This document shows positions 16,652 through 26,360 of a DNA stretch of 64,000 nt, one piece after another; position 1 is the first letter of the stretch, and each line of letters begins with the position of its first letter. Under the pieces are notes generated by a model, which was not told the origin of the DNA, ran no database searches, and saw nothing but the letters and a program-made list of their open reading frames with translations. The stretch comes from Deltaproteobacteria bacterium (GTDB lineage Bacteria; Desulfobacterota; Binatia; UBA9968): the NCBI GenBank assembly GCA_009692615.1, contig SHYW01000004.1, positions 8,273-72,272 of the forward strand. Reading direction: 5' to 3'. Made by a program: the position numbers and the translations under genes.

Positions 16652-17422
16652 ATGATTCAAGGTATCGATCACCTGGTCATCGTGGTCAAAGATCTCGACC
16701 AAGCTGCGAGGGACTACCAGCAACTCGGCTTCACCGTGGTGCCCGGCGGGCAGCACCCGGTGGGCAGCCATAACGTCTTGATCTCCTTCGCCGATGGTTC
16801 CTATCTGGAAATCATCGCCTTCTATCGCGAGGCGATCGATCATCGTTGGTGGGATCCGCTGGCGAAGGGCGAACGGCTGGTCGACTTTTGTTTTCAAACC
16901 GACGACCTCGGCGGCGACACCAAGAAACTCCAAGACGCCGGCGCAGCGATCAACAACCCCGTGCCCTGGTCGCGCAAGCGGCCGGATGGTTTTGAATTGA
17001 AATGGCTCTTGTCGCTGGCCACTGGCAGCCATCGCGGTGTCGCGCCATTTTTGATCGAAGATGTCACCGCGCGCAGCGAACGGGTGCCCCAAGAGTTCCA
17101 ACATCAAAATGGCATCACCGGCATCGAAAAACTGATCGTCTCGGTGGGCGAACTCGGCCCGATCGAAAAGTGGTACGGCGCGCTGCTCGGCGCCAAGGGC
17201 CAAGCCGTGCGCAACGATGAGCTAAAAGCCGATGGCCTCGGCTTTCAAACCGGCGCGCAACGCATCGACTTTCTAACCCCAAATGACGTCTCCAGCCCGC
17301 TGGTAAATTGGCTGCGCGAGTTCGGTCCCTCGCCCTACGCTGCGCAATTGAAAACCAGCAACCCATCGGAGCAATCCTTCGACCTAGGTTTGACCCACGG
17401 CGCCAACTTGGTGGTTACCTAA
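16652..17422 (+). CDS. VOC family protein (glyoxalase-like domain, two-module)
   Basis: MIQGIDHLVIVVKDLDQAARDYQQLGFTV... The start was trimmed from the long ORF. A second βαβββ module lies in the C-terminal half. Confidence 0.7.
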   Translation: MIQGIDHLVIVVKDLDQAARDYQQLGFTVVPGGQHPVGSHNVLISFADGSYLEIIAFYREAIDHRWWDPLAKGERLVDFCFQTDDLGGDTKKLQDAGAAINNPVPWSRKRPDGFELKWLLSLATGSHRGVAPFLIEDVTARSERVPQEFQHQNGITGIEKLIVSVGELGPIEKWYGALLGAKGQAVRNDELKADGLGFQTGAQRIDFLTPNDVSSPLVNWLREFGPSPYAAQLKTSNPSEQSFDLGLTHGANLVVT

Positions 17423-17495
17423 AGCCAGCCGATCGATTACAATCGTAGTTAAGATTCTTTACCGAACGGCGTCTAACTGGCAAGGAGGCAGGCAA

Positions 17496-17837
17496 ATGGC
17501 TAACAGAAATTACCGACAGTTCACCGGCAGTGCGCTGCTGATCGTTTCGCTCATGGTCGCGCTCGTCGGTTCCGTCGGTCCGGCATGGAGCAGTCACGAG
17601 CATATCCGCAATGAAATAAATCTATTTCACGACTTCTTGCTCAACCACCCAAAGGTTTCGGCCGAATTGCGCCACAACCCCAATCTCGCCAATAACAAGA
17701 AATATTTGGCCAAGCACGAAGATTTGGCGAAGTTCTTGAAACGTCACCCCGATGTCAAACGTGAGTTAATCAATCATCCGAGCCGGGTCTTCAGCCGCCA
17801 TCATAACGAAGAGTACGCCCGTTTGCGCCACCGTTAG
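17496..17837 (+). CDS. Hypothetical secreted His-rich protein with internal HP-x-V-x-x-EL repeats
   Basis: Signal peptide FTGSALLIVSLMVALVGSVGPAWS. It carries the repeats LLNHPKVSAELRHNPNL / LKRHPDVKRELINHPSR. Confidence 0.4.
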   Translation: MANRNYRQFTGSALLIVSLMVALVGSVGPAWSSHEHIRNEINLFHDFLLNHPKVSAELRHNPNLANNKKYLAKHEDLAKFLKRHPDVKRELINHPSRVFSRHHNEEYARLRHR

Positions 17838-17984
17838 AAAGCGACAAGCTTAACTCGACTGCACGAATCGTCGCGGCGTTTTTTCTCGTTCATCTCGCCG
17901 CGATTTGACAGCCTGTCAGCCTACCGTTACTGTGCCCCAATGCTTCGCCTCGTTGCGGACTGAGACAATCACTGGAGGACACCT

Positions 17985-18677
17985 ATGACGCTACCGGAAA
18001 AACTCGCGCTCGCCTGCCGCATACTCGCCATGCAGGGGCACAACGATATGATCTACGGCCACGTCTCAGCACTCACCGACAAGCCCAACGAATATTGGAT
18101 CAAGGGCTCGGGCATCGGCTTGGAAGAAGCCGTCGGCGACGACATGGTGCTGATCGATTTCGACGGCAACACGCTGGCCGGCAAGCGCAAACGCCACAAT
18201 GAGTTTCCCATCCACAGCGAAGTCTATCGGACCAACCCGGCGATCAAATGCGTCATCCACACCCATCCGACCTATTCGACGATCATCGCGTCGTCGGAAC
18301 ATCGGCTGTTGCCGATCACCAATTTGAGCTGCGCCTTTTATCCGCCGGCGATCAATAAATTCGAAGAGTCTTCCGACTTGATTGTCACCGCCGAGCAAGG
18401 CGCTTCGGTGGCGAAACTCTTGGGCGAACATAAAATTGTTCTCCTACGTAACCACGGCATCGTCGTCGCCGGCACATCCATCGAAGAAGCCTGCATCCGC
18501 GGCGTCCTGCTCGAATACAGCGCCAAAACCCAAGTCACCGCCGCCTCCATGGGCGCCTTCTCCTGGGCCACCGACACCGACGCATTATTGAAGAGAAAAA
18601 GAATCTATCGGCCCGATGCGATGTTGAATCTGTGGGATTATTACGTGCGCATGCTCGAGAAACATGAAAGCAAGTAA
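17985..18677 (+). CDS. class II aldolase/adducin family protein
   Basis: MIYGHVSA...AIKCVIHTHPTYSTIIAS...LLRNHGIVVAG is the class II aldolase zinc-ligand pattern. Confidence 0.85.
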   Translation: MTLPEKLALACRILAMQGHNDMIYGHVSALTDKPNEYWIKGSGIGLEEAVGDDMVLIDFDGNTLAGKRKRHNEFPIHSEVYRTNPAIKCVIHTHPTYSTIIASSEHRLLPITNLSCAFYPPAINKFEESSDLIVTAEQGASVAKLLGEHKIVLLRNHGIVVAGTSIEEACIRGVLLEYSAKTQVTAASMGAFSWATDTDALLKRKRIYRPDAMLNLWDYYVRMLEKHESK

Positions 18678-18681
18678 GCCT

Positions 18682-19869
18682 TCAACGGTGAATCGCCAAG
18701 AACGCAAAAACCTTGGCCGCGTCGAGCACGCTATTCAGCGGAACCAGATCATGATCGGTGTGCTGAAACTTAATATGCCGTGAGCCGTAGTTGATCGCCT
18801 GAATGCCGCGGTGATTGAACAAACCGGTGTCGTTGGCGGCGGTGGAATATGAAAACTTCGGCTCATGGTTGAGCATCGTGCGAATCCCCTGCTCCAAGAC
18901 CTGCACCACTTCGGCATCGCGCTTCACTTCACTGGGATACATAAAATCGCGCGGCGACACTTCGATCTCGTAGGGTTCGATGGTGCCGATGGCGTCGCGC
19001 ATCTGCTGCACCGCTTTGGCCGGATCGTCGCCGGGCAGTAAGCGGCGGTCGAACATGATGCGGCATTCGCTCTGAATCGTGTGCGTCGCCTTGGGAAAAC
19101 TCTCGATCGCATTGGTGGTCAAACTGACGTCGCCGAGATCGGCGTGGGATCGTTCTTCGGGAAACGGCATCAAGGGTTTCAACCGCTCCAACACAAGCAT
19201 GGCGCCCTCGATGGCGTTGACGCCCTCCCACGGCCGGCTGCTGTGCGCCTGCTTGCCTTTGACGGTCACCAGCACGTCGACTCTACCTTTGTTGCCCAGT
19301 TGAATTTCCGGCGGCCCGTCGATGATGCACCAGTCGGCCTCGACGCTGCCATGATCGAGCACGTAAGCGAGAGAATCATGCTTGCCGGTCTCGCCCGCGG
19401 TGCTGACGACGAAATAAAGATCGCTCGGCAGCTCGACTTTGTTGACGCCGAGAAAACGCACCGCCGCCATCATCGCCGCCAAACTACCCTTCTGCTCGCA
19501 GGCGCCGCGGCCCCAGACGCATTGGCCGGAAAGTTTGTAGGGCGTGCCGTCGATGACTTCACCCGAATAGGGATTCTCCATCGTACTCGGCGCCGCGCAC
19601 ATGGCATAGCCCACCAGCATCAAGCGGTCCTGGGAAGAGCGGCCGCGCAGCCGTAGTATCAGATTGCCCATCTTGTCGATGGCGGGATGAAGACCGGCCT
19701 GCTCAAGCTCCGGTTTGACCACATCGGTGATCAGCGCCAACACCTGCGGCTCGGCTTCGAGCAGCCGGGTCTGCGGACTGGCATGCTGGACGAGTTTAAC
19801 CGTGAGCCGTTTGACCTCATCGTAACTCAGATGCTTTTCGATTAATTTTTTCGCCGTGCCGTCATCCAT
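18682..19869 (-). CDS. M20 family metallopeptidase (ArgE/DapE/ACY1-like)
   Basis: 395 aa with M20 catalytic and dimerisation domain motifs (…GRGACEQKGSLAAM…, HSSRPWEGVNAIE). Confidence 0.85.
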   Translation of the reverse strand: MDDGTAKKLIEKHLSYDEVKRLTVKLVQHASPQTRLLEAEPQVLALITDVVKPELEQAGLHPAIDKMGNLILRLRGRSSQDRLMLVGYAMCAAPSTMENPYSGEVIDGTPYKLSGQCVWGRGACEQKGSLAAMMAAVRFLGVNKVELPSDLYFVVSTAGETGKHDSLAYVLDHGSVEADWCIIDGPPEIQLGNKGRVDVLVTVKGKQAHSSRPWEGVNAIEGAMLVLERLKPLMPFPEERSHADLGDVSLTTNAIESFPKATHTIQSECRIMFDRRLLPGDDPAKAVQQMRDAIGTIEPYEIEVSPRDFMYPSEVKRDAEVVQVLEQGIRTMLNHEPKFSYSTAANDTGLFNHRGIQAINYGSRHIKFQHTDHDLVPLNSVLDAAKVFAFLAIHR

Positions 19870-19900
19870 CCTACTCGTGCCTCACGCCTCAAGCCTAATT

Positions 19901-21706
19901 TTAATGCCCCTCGAAGGTGCCGGCGGCCTTGCCAACTTTTCGCGCGATCACCACCAGCACGATGCACACTACACTGACAATCAGCGCCAAGGAACACATG
20001 GGGCCGAGATTGCCATCGACGTAGAAATGGTAGAGCAGCGGTCCCAACGGTTCGGCGCCCGGCGAATAGAGAAAGACCGAGGTGCTGAACTCGCGCAAAA
20101 AAATCGTCGCCAGGATAATCCATCCGGCGATGAACCCCGGCCGTAGCAGCGGCAAGAGAATACGCCGAAAGGTCGTCAAAAAGCTCGCGCCGCAAGCCAT
20201 CGACGCCTGCTGCAAGTCGTCGTGCAATTGCACGATCGTACTGGTCATGGTGCGCAAACCGTAGGGCAAGAACCGGGTAATGTAACCGATCAGCAAGATC
20301 CACAAAGTGCCGTAAATCGGTAGCGGTATGTAAACGTAAGTCCAAAGCAGACCGATGCCCAATGCCGTGCCGGGAAACGCCCATGGAATAAACGTCATCG
20401 CTTCGATCAAACCGCGGCCTCTAGCTTTGCTCTTAGTCGTGACCCACGCCGTCAGAGCGGCGAGCAGCATGCACAAGGTCGCGCCACCGACCGAAAGCAT
20501 CAAGCTATTTTGCAAGGCCCGATAGGTGCGCGAGTCGGTGAAGTTGGCGCGATAGTTGTCGAGCGTCAAAAGCTCCCAGGTCTTGGCGCTCGGCACGTGG
20601 ATGTAAGAGATAAACGAAACATAGATCATCACCATGAACGGCAGCGCGACGATCAGCAGCAGGATCAAGCTCGCCACCAGCGATGCCGCCCAGCGCCACT
20701 TACCCAGATCGATGATCATCGGCCGATAGCCGCGGCCGGTCACCGTGACGTAGCGCTCAGAGCGCGCGGTCAAGCGGCGATAGAAATACACGAACAGCAT
20801 GGTGATGAACAGCAGCGACACGCCATAAGCGGCGGCGAGATTTTGATTGGGCGGAAAGGCGCCCACCGCTTCGCGATAAATTTTTGTCGTAAACACTTCG
20901 ATCCGCGCCGGTAACGCAATAATCGCCGGCGTGTCGAAGCTTTCGATAGCGCGGACGAAGTTGAGCATCGCCGAAGCCAACAACGCCGGCCGGACGATGG
21001 GAATCGTAATGCGCCAAGCGATCTGCAAATTGCTCGATCCAGCCACCCGCGCGGACTCTTCTAGCGAAGGGTCCATGGAGTATAGCGCCGCCGAAATCAT
21101 CAAAAACGCCAGCGGCACGGTGATCAAAGCTTCGACATACATCATGCCCCAAAGGGAATAGAGATTGAGCGGCGCTTGCGCGAGATCGAAGAGCTGCATT
21201 AGCAAACGGTTGATCAAGCCGGTGCGCGGGCTCAGCAACACGGTCCAGGAGACGGCCAACATCACCGGTGGAAAAATATTCGGTACGATGGCGGTCAACT
21301 CGAACAGTTTGCGAAACGGCGCATTGGTGCGGATCGAGATCCACGCCAGGATCGCCGCCAACGCTGTCGCCAATAGCGCCGAGCCGCCGGCGAAGATGAA
21401 GGAATTGAACAGCAACTGATAGGTTAACGGATCGGAATAAGCGCTAACGTAATGGGCCAGGGTAAAGCCGCCGGGCACACCCAACGGTTTATCGCGGAAG
21501 CTGCCATAGAATAGCATCAAGGTTGGCGACAGACTTAGATAAGCGATCACCAGACCGATGCCCCAAACCACGCCGAGCTGGGGATCGCGGCGAAACGCGC
21601 CAAGGAACCGGGAAATCATCGCCTGCCCTCGAGTTGCGCATGAATGTAGAGTTGCATAACCAAAACTAAGAAGGGCCAGCGCTATGGCCGGCCCTTCTTT
21701 ATTCAC
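19901..21706 (-). CDS. ABC transporter permease, fused double-domain (FbpB/AfuB Fe3+-type)
   Basis: 601 aa with two tandem ABC-2 permease domains (~12 TM), each with an EAA-like loop. Confidence 0.85.
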   Translation of the reverse strand: MNKEGPAIALALLSFGYATLHSCATRGQAMISRFLGAFRRDPQLGVVWGIGLVIAYLSLSPTLMLFYGSFRDKPLGVPGGFTLAHYVSAYSDPLTYQLLFNSFIFAGGSALLATALAAILAWISIRTNAPFRKLFELTAIVPNIFPPVMLAVSWTVLLSPRTGLINRLLMQLFDLAQAPLNLYSLWGMMYVEALITVPLAFLMISAALYSMDPSLEESARVAGSSNLQIAWRITIPIVRPALLASAMLNFVRAIESFDTPAIIALPARIEVFTTKIYREAVGAFPPNQNLAAAYGVSLLFITMLFVYFYRRLTARSERYVTVTGRGYRPMIIDLGKWRWAASLVASLILLLIVALPFMVMIYVSFISYIHVPSAKTWELLTLDNYRANFTDSRTYRALQNSLMLSVGGATLCMLLAALTAWVTTKSKARGRGLIEAMTFIPWAFPGTALGIGLLWTYVYIPLPIYGTLWILLIGYITRFLPYGLRTMTSTIVQLHDDLQQASMACGASFLTTFRRILLPLLRPGFIAGWIILATIFLREFSTSVFLYSPGAEPLGPLLYHFYVDGNLGPMCSLALIVSVVCIVLVVIARKVGKAAGTFEGH

Positions 21707-21729
21707 TAATCAATGGCGCTTTTCAACGA

Positions 21730-22743
21730 TTACTTTGCTGCGGCGAAGATGTCGCGAAAGGTGCCGCTCATGAGCTTCTTGAACTCGTCCTCTGAGGGAT
21801 TGTCCATGAACACCATGCGCGGCGCGACCTTTTCGGCGTCTTTAATCGGCGGATAAACGCCCGGCGCCAAGACAAATTCGCCATCCTCGGCGATTTCCTT
21901 TTGCCCTTCGACGGAGCAGGCAAAATCGATGTAGAGCTTAGCGGCATTAGCTCGTGTCGACTTGGCGCTAAGACTCAAGTAATTGGGATCGGTCAGATAC
22001 CTATCCATCGGGATGAAGTCCACCGGCCCTTTGTATTGCTTGATGTACTTGATGTAAGTGATGCCCAACGCGGCTTCGCCTTTGATCACGGTGGTGGTCA
22101 CTGGAGCCAGAGATTCGACTAGGATGGGATTCTGCTTGGCCAGCGCTTTCACATAATCCAACCACTTGTCGCCCTTGAATTCTTTGCGCCGCAGGTTCCA
22201 GAGAAATTGCGCCGTGGTGGTGTGGCGCGTCGGATCGGGAATGGAAATTTTGCCGCTCCATTTAGGATTTAACAAATCGTCGAACGTCTTGGGCAAGTCC
22301 GCCGCTTTAACCAACTCGGTGTTGAAGAGAATGCTGATCGGCAGCACCCGCCAGGGCGTGATCAAACCGTCTTTCTCTTTGTACTGAGCGGGAAATTTCT
22401 CCGACGACGGCGGCACGAACTTCTGAAAGAGACCCTCGCCTTTCATGATCAACTGCACGCCGCGGTTGCCCTCGGCGATATCGAAACCGGGCCGGCCGGC
22501 GCGCCACTCGGTCAGCGCGCGCTCGGACACTTGAGTCGATGAACCGCGCCAGTATTCAACGTCGATGCCGTATTTCTTTTTGAACGCTTGATGCAGCCCC
22601 TCCATCGCTTGTGGCACGACGGAGCCATAGACCACCACCTTGCCTTCCTTCTTGGCGGCGTCGAGGTTGGCGGGCTGCGCCGAAGCAGTTGCGATGCGCA
22701 ACAGCAGGAAAACCGAAAGTAATAATAGTTTAGTAAATTTCAT
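21730..22743 (-). CDS. extracellular solute-binding protein (family 1, Fe3+/thiamine-type)
   Basis: The signal peptide MKFTKLLLLSVFLLLRIATASA is followed by KKEGKVVVYGS. The start was trimmed to the Met at 22743. Confidence 0.8.
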   Translation of the reverse strand: MKFTKLLLLSVFLLLRIATASAQPANLDAAKKEGKVVVYGSVVPQAMEGLHQAFKKKYGIDVEYWRGSSTQVSERALTEWRAGRPGFDIAEGNRGVQLIMKGEGLFQKFVPPSSEKFPAQYKEKDGLITPWRVLPISILFNTELVKAADLPKTFDDLLNPKWSGKISIPDPTRHTTTAQFLWNLRRKEFKGDKWLDYVKALAKQNPILVESLAPVTTTVIKGEAALGITYIKYIKQYKGPVDFIPMDRYLTDPNYLSLSAKSTRANAAKLYIDFACSVEGQKEIAEDGEFVLAPGVYPPIKDAEKVAPRMVFMDNPSEDEFKKLMSGTFRDIFAAAK

Positions 22744-22930
22744 CGCATCCTCCGACTCAATCAACTCGGCATTTCGCGATCGGGGTATGAACCCCGCTCG
22801 CGACCAAAGGGGATGCTCGCCCCCTTTGGAAACCCCATTTAGTTGTGCCCGCCGCAAGCAGCGGGCAATATTAGATTTAAACAAAAAACTACCGACGCGC
22901 TCTGGCTAAGTCAAGCCGTCGGCTGAAAAG

Positions 22931-24016
22931 CTACTTGGCGATGAACAACTGGCGAAACTCGGCCTGGAGCTTTTGCAATTGTTCGGCGCTCGGATCTTCT
23001 AACAGTTGCAGATTAGCCATGATCCGCTCGGCGCCTTTGATCGCCGGAAAGACTCCCGGCGCTAAAACGAATTCGTAGGTCTCGGAAACTTTTTTCTGCC
23101 CCTCGGGCGAGCAGAGATAATCGATCAAGAAGCGCGCGGCATTAGGATTGACCGCCTTCGCGCTAATCGCCGCATCGCTCGGATCGGCGAACACTTGCTC
23201 GATGGGCGCGAAACCGATGGGCCCTTTGGTCTGCGGCACATATTGAATGTAAGAAATGCCGAGAGCGGCTTCGCCGCGGACGATGGCGTTGGGCACGGAC
23301 GAATAGGACTCAACCAGCAACGGCTTTTGTTTGGCGAGTGCGCGCACGAAGTCGAGCCACTTGTCGCCTTTGATTTTCTGCAGGTTCCATAAGAATGTCG
23401 CCGTGCTGGCGTGGCGCGAAGGATCGGGCAGAGAAATTTTTCCCAGCCACTTGGGATCTAGCAGGTCGTCCAAACTTTTCGGCACGTCGTTACCTTTCAC
23501 TAAATCGGTGTTGGTAAGAATGCCCACGGGTGTAACCCGCCAAGCGGTCAACTGACCGTCTTTATCCTTGAACTTGGCGGGAAAATTTGCCGCGCTCGCC
23601 GGCGTGAACTTCGCGTAAACGCCATCGGCCTTACCCAACGCCAACGGACCGCGGGCACCGATCACCATGTCGAAACCAGGTTTACCGGCGCGCCATTCGG
23701 TCAGCACGCGGTCGATGAGTTTGGTCGCGTCGCCGCGCCAGTACTCGATATTGACGCCGTACTTGGCTTCAAAGCCCTTCTCGATGAGCGACATCACCTG
23801 GGGAATGATGGTGCCGTAAACGTTGACCTTGCCTTCCTTCTTAGCCGCTTCATGGCTCACACCCTGAGCTGAAACCTGTGCCGTCGGACCAAGAAGAATG
23901 CAAAGCAAAAATAAAAATGCATAACGCCCAACTGGTTGTCGGAGCCAAGTTACCTTCCCCCTTTGAAAAAGGGGGATTGAGGAGAATTTTCCTTGCACGA
24001 TAACGAAATTTTTCAT
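22931..24016 (-). CDS. extracellular solute-binding protein, paralog of the neighbouring SBP
   Basis: Its KKEGKVNVYGTIIPQ start and overall colinearity match the SBP at 21730. The start is uncertain; a hairpin ccccctttgaaaaaggggg lies within the predicted N-terminal region. Confidence 0.7.
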   Translation of the reverse strand: MKNFVIVQGKFSSIPLFQRGKVTWLRQPVGRYAFLFLLCILLGPTAQVSAQGVSHEAAKKEGKVNVYGTIIPQVMSLIEKGFEAKYGVNIEYWRGDATKLIDRVLTEWRAGKPGFDMVIGARGPLALGKADGVYAKFTPASAANFPAKFKDKDGQLTAWRVTPVGILTNTDLVKGNDVPKSLDDLLDPKWLGKISLPDPSRHASTATFLWNLQKIKGDKWLDFVRALAKQKPLLVESYSSVPNAIVRGEAALGISYIQYVPQTKGPIGFAPIEQVFADPSDAAISAKAVNPNAARFLIDYLCSPEGQKKVSETYEFVLAPGVFPAIKGAERIMANLQLLEDPSAEQLQKLQAEFRQLFIAK

Positions 24017-24059
24017 AAACACCTCTTGGACTATCCAGTTAAAATTGACAATCTAATTC

Positions 24060-25043
24060 TCAGCCGACAATCTCACGCACCATGCGAACAACTTTCTTGC
24101 GCGCCTCTTGCGTCCCCGTCGGCAACACGATCGGCAGGTCGAGCCCGCCCTTGGTGAACGCTTCGAGCTGTTTGGCGCATTCATTCGGCGTCCCAGCCAC
24201 CGAGTGGGCGAAGACCACTTCATCGCTGATAAATTTCTTCGCCGTGTCCCAATCGCGCTTGCCCACCGCGGCGGCCAAACCTTCTTGATCGACCTTGCCG
24301 CCGCCCAAGCGGATATTCTCGGCGTGGTGCACGTTGCGAAAAATATATGCAAGAAAATGTTTATTCGCTTCGATGGCTTCCTTGGCGCTGTCCGAAACTG
24401 CAGCAGTGACGAAGCCGGCGACATCGACATTAGTCGCCGCCTTACCGCCCTTGCCTGCGCCAACAGCGATATCATCGGCGCATTTACGAATATAGCCCGG
24501 CGCGCAGCCCGCCGACAACAACACGCCGTCGCCGATCTCGCCGCCCAGTCGCAACATCAGCGAACGCACTGCGGTGATATACATCTTGATCGGCGCCGAG
24601 GGCACGAAGCCCATCTTTGCGCCGTTGACCTGAAACATCTTGCCTTGAAAATTCACCGTCTCGCCTTTGAGATAGCGGCGCAGGATGTCGACATACTCGC
24701 GCATGGTCTGCAACGGATGGGGCGACTCCATGCCGGCTTCTTTCAAAGCTGCGGCGTTGCCAGTACCCGGACTCGCGATCACCCGGCCGGGAGCAAACTC
24801 GTCCATGGTGGCGATCGACATGGCGGTGATGATCGGATTGCGCGAATACGGACTCATCGGCGCCGCCGCGACTTTGATTTTACTGGTTCGCGCCAACAGC
24901 GCCATCGAAGTGGTGAAGGAATCGCGAAAACAGAGATGATCCGACATCCAGATCGAGTCCATGCCGATTTCATCCGCCAGCTGAGCGAGTTCGATCATCT
25001 CTTGAATCGAATAAAAACCATCAAAGCACAGACCCACGCGCAT
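24060..25043 (-). CDS. LLM class flavin-dependent oxidoreductase
   Basis: MRVGLCFDGF...DSIWMSDHL... matches the luciferase-like TIM-barrel pattern. Confidence 0.85.
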   Translation of the reverse strand: MRVGLCFDGFYSIQEMIELAQLADEIGMDSIWMSDHLCFRDSFTTSMALLARTSKIKVAAAPMSPYSRNPIITAMSIATMDEFAPGRVIASPGTGNAAALKEAGMESPHPLQTMREYVDILRRYLKGETVNFQGKMFQVNGAKMGFVPSAPIKMYITAVRSLMLRLGGEIGDGVLLSAGCAPGYIRKCADDIAVGAGKGGKAATNVDVAGFVTAAVSDSAKEAIEANKHFLAYIFRNVHHAENIRLGGGKVDQEGLAAAVGKRDWDTAKKFISDEVVFAHSVAGTPNECAKQLEAFTKGGLDLPIVLPTGTQEARKKVVRMVREIVG

Positions 25044-25053
25044 AATCTTGCTC

Positions 25054-26160
25054 CTAAAATCCTTCCGCTAAAATCTTACCGAGATTTTCCGGTGCAACGT
25101 TGGCCAAGCCCATCTTTCCCAACGTCAAACCTTCCGTGCGAAAATCGATGCCCAGCGCCGTCGACGCCAGCGTGATCAGCGCATCCATCACCGGAGTCGC
25201 AACGCCGAGCAGTGTGCCGATCGCCGCCATCGGCACCAGACCATAACCTACATCCTCACGAATGTAGCGGTGATCGAGTGCCGGCGGTGACTTGATCGTG
25301 AAATTCGCTTCGCTGTTGTGAATCGCCTCATAAGCCGATCCCGAATCCCGCGCCGCGCTCGTGGTCAAGCCAGCCTGATGAAAAATATCGACGAAGCGTA
25401 ACGGCGGAAGGCCGAGCAACTTGGCAATCGTCAAACGCTCCCGGTCCACAGCGTCGATCCACGCACCGATCGCCGGCGTGAGACCTTCGCGGTAATAGAG
25501 AAAATCTCCGCCAGTCTTTTCGATCCAGCCAGCGTTACCGAGAGTCCCCGCCGGATGCATGAGCGCATTGATATTCGACAACCCGGTTTCCAGCACGTTG
25601 GCGGCGGCAACGACATTAGGAAACACTTGCTGGATCTCGCTGACAAGCTCAGCCGAATGCTTCCCAGGAAACGCCGCGCAGCGCAAATTCGTCGTGCGCC
25701 GATAAACTTCCACGCGGCCGAATTGCGGCATGCGGCAGATATAAGTGAGCGTCACGGTCTCGCACAGCCGCACCGACGCTTTGCAGCCAAGCATACGCAA
25801 GAGATTGGCAAAATGCAGCGCGCCGCCGGTGTGGCCGGGGTTGAGCAGAATCCGCTGGCCGTCGGTGAGGTAATTGGCCAGGCCTTTCGCCAAATACTCA
25901 TGCCCCACTGCCGGCGTCGCGATGACGATCAGATCGACACCCTGCACCACCGGCGGCAAATGCGGACTCATGAAAAACGGCGCGGCCTTTTTGCTGACGC
26001 CGTTTTCAATCAGCTCGATTTCGCCAAGCTTGGCGAGTTTCGCGATCGTACTTTCCGAGCGCGCGAACAGCCGCACTTCGAAACCACGCAGCGTCAGGTC
26101 GGCAGCCGCGGCACAACCGCCGTTGCCTGCGCCCAGAATCGCGATTTTCTTGATGGTCAT
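25054..26160 (-). CDS. NAD/NADP-dependent octopine/nopaline (opine) dehydrogenase family protein
   Basis: MTIKKIAILGAGNGGCAAAADL Rossmann N-terminus, ILLNPGHTGGALHF and a C-terminal opine-DH helical domain. The start was trimmed to 26160. Confidence 0.8.
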   Translation of the reverse strand: MTIKKIAILGAGNGGCAAAADLTLRGFEVRLFARSESTIAKLAKLGEIELIENGVSKKAAPFFMSPHLPPVVQGVDLIVIATPAVGHEYLAKGLANYLTDGQRILLNPGHTGGALHFANLLRMLGCKASVRLCETVTLTYICRMPQFGRVEVYRRTTNLRCAAFPGKHSAELVSEIQQVFPNVVAAANVLETGLSNINALMHPAGTLGNAGWIEKTGGDFLYYREGLTPAIGAWIDAVDRERLTIAKLLGLPPLRFVDIFHQAGLTTSAARDSGSAYEAIHNSEANFTIKSPPALDHRYIREDVGYGLVPMAAIGTLLGVATPVMDALITLASTALGIDFRTEGLTLGKMGLANVAPENLGKILAEGF

Positions 26161-26263
26161 GGCGATGTCTAAACCGGCGACAACTTGGAATTGTCCGCTG
26201 CGCTGGTTTTTCTTCGCGTCATAGCGGCGCAGGTCGGTATCCATCTTCCTTCGTTGCCAACGC

Positions 26264-26300
26264 ACCACCACCCCTGGATGCCGGCCTGCGCCGGCATGAC
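26264..26300. repeat. hairpin repeat ccacccctggatgccggcctgcgccggcatgac
   Basis: Second copy of the motif at 3311-3344. Confidence 0.6.
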
Positions 26301-26360
26301 CAATACGCGGATAACCACGCGACGTGTGCAATCCTTCATAATTTGAGACCGCGACAAGAA

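Noticed and set aside
23955-23985. Hairpin ccccctttgaaaaaggggg as a terminator for the minus-strand LLM gene
   Set aside because: It has no U-tract on the relevant strand and lies within the most likely N-terminal coding region of the downstream SBP. It is kept only as a note on start-site uncertainty.
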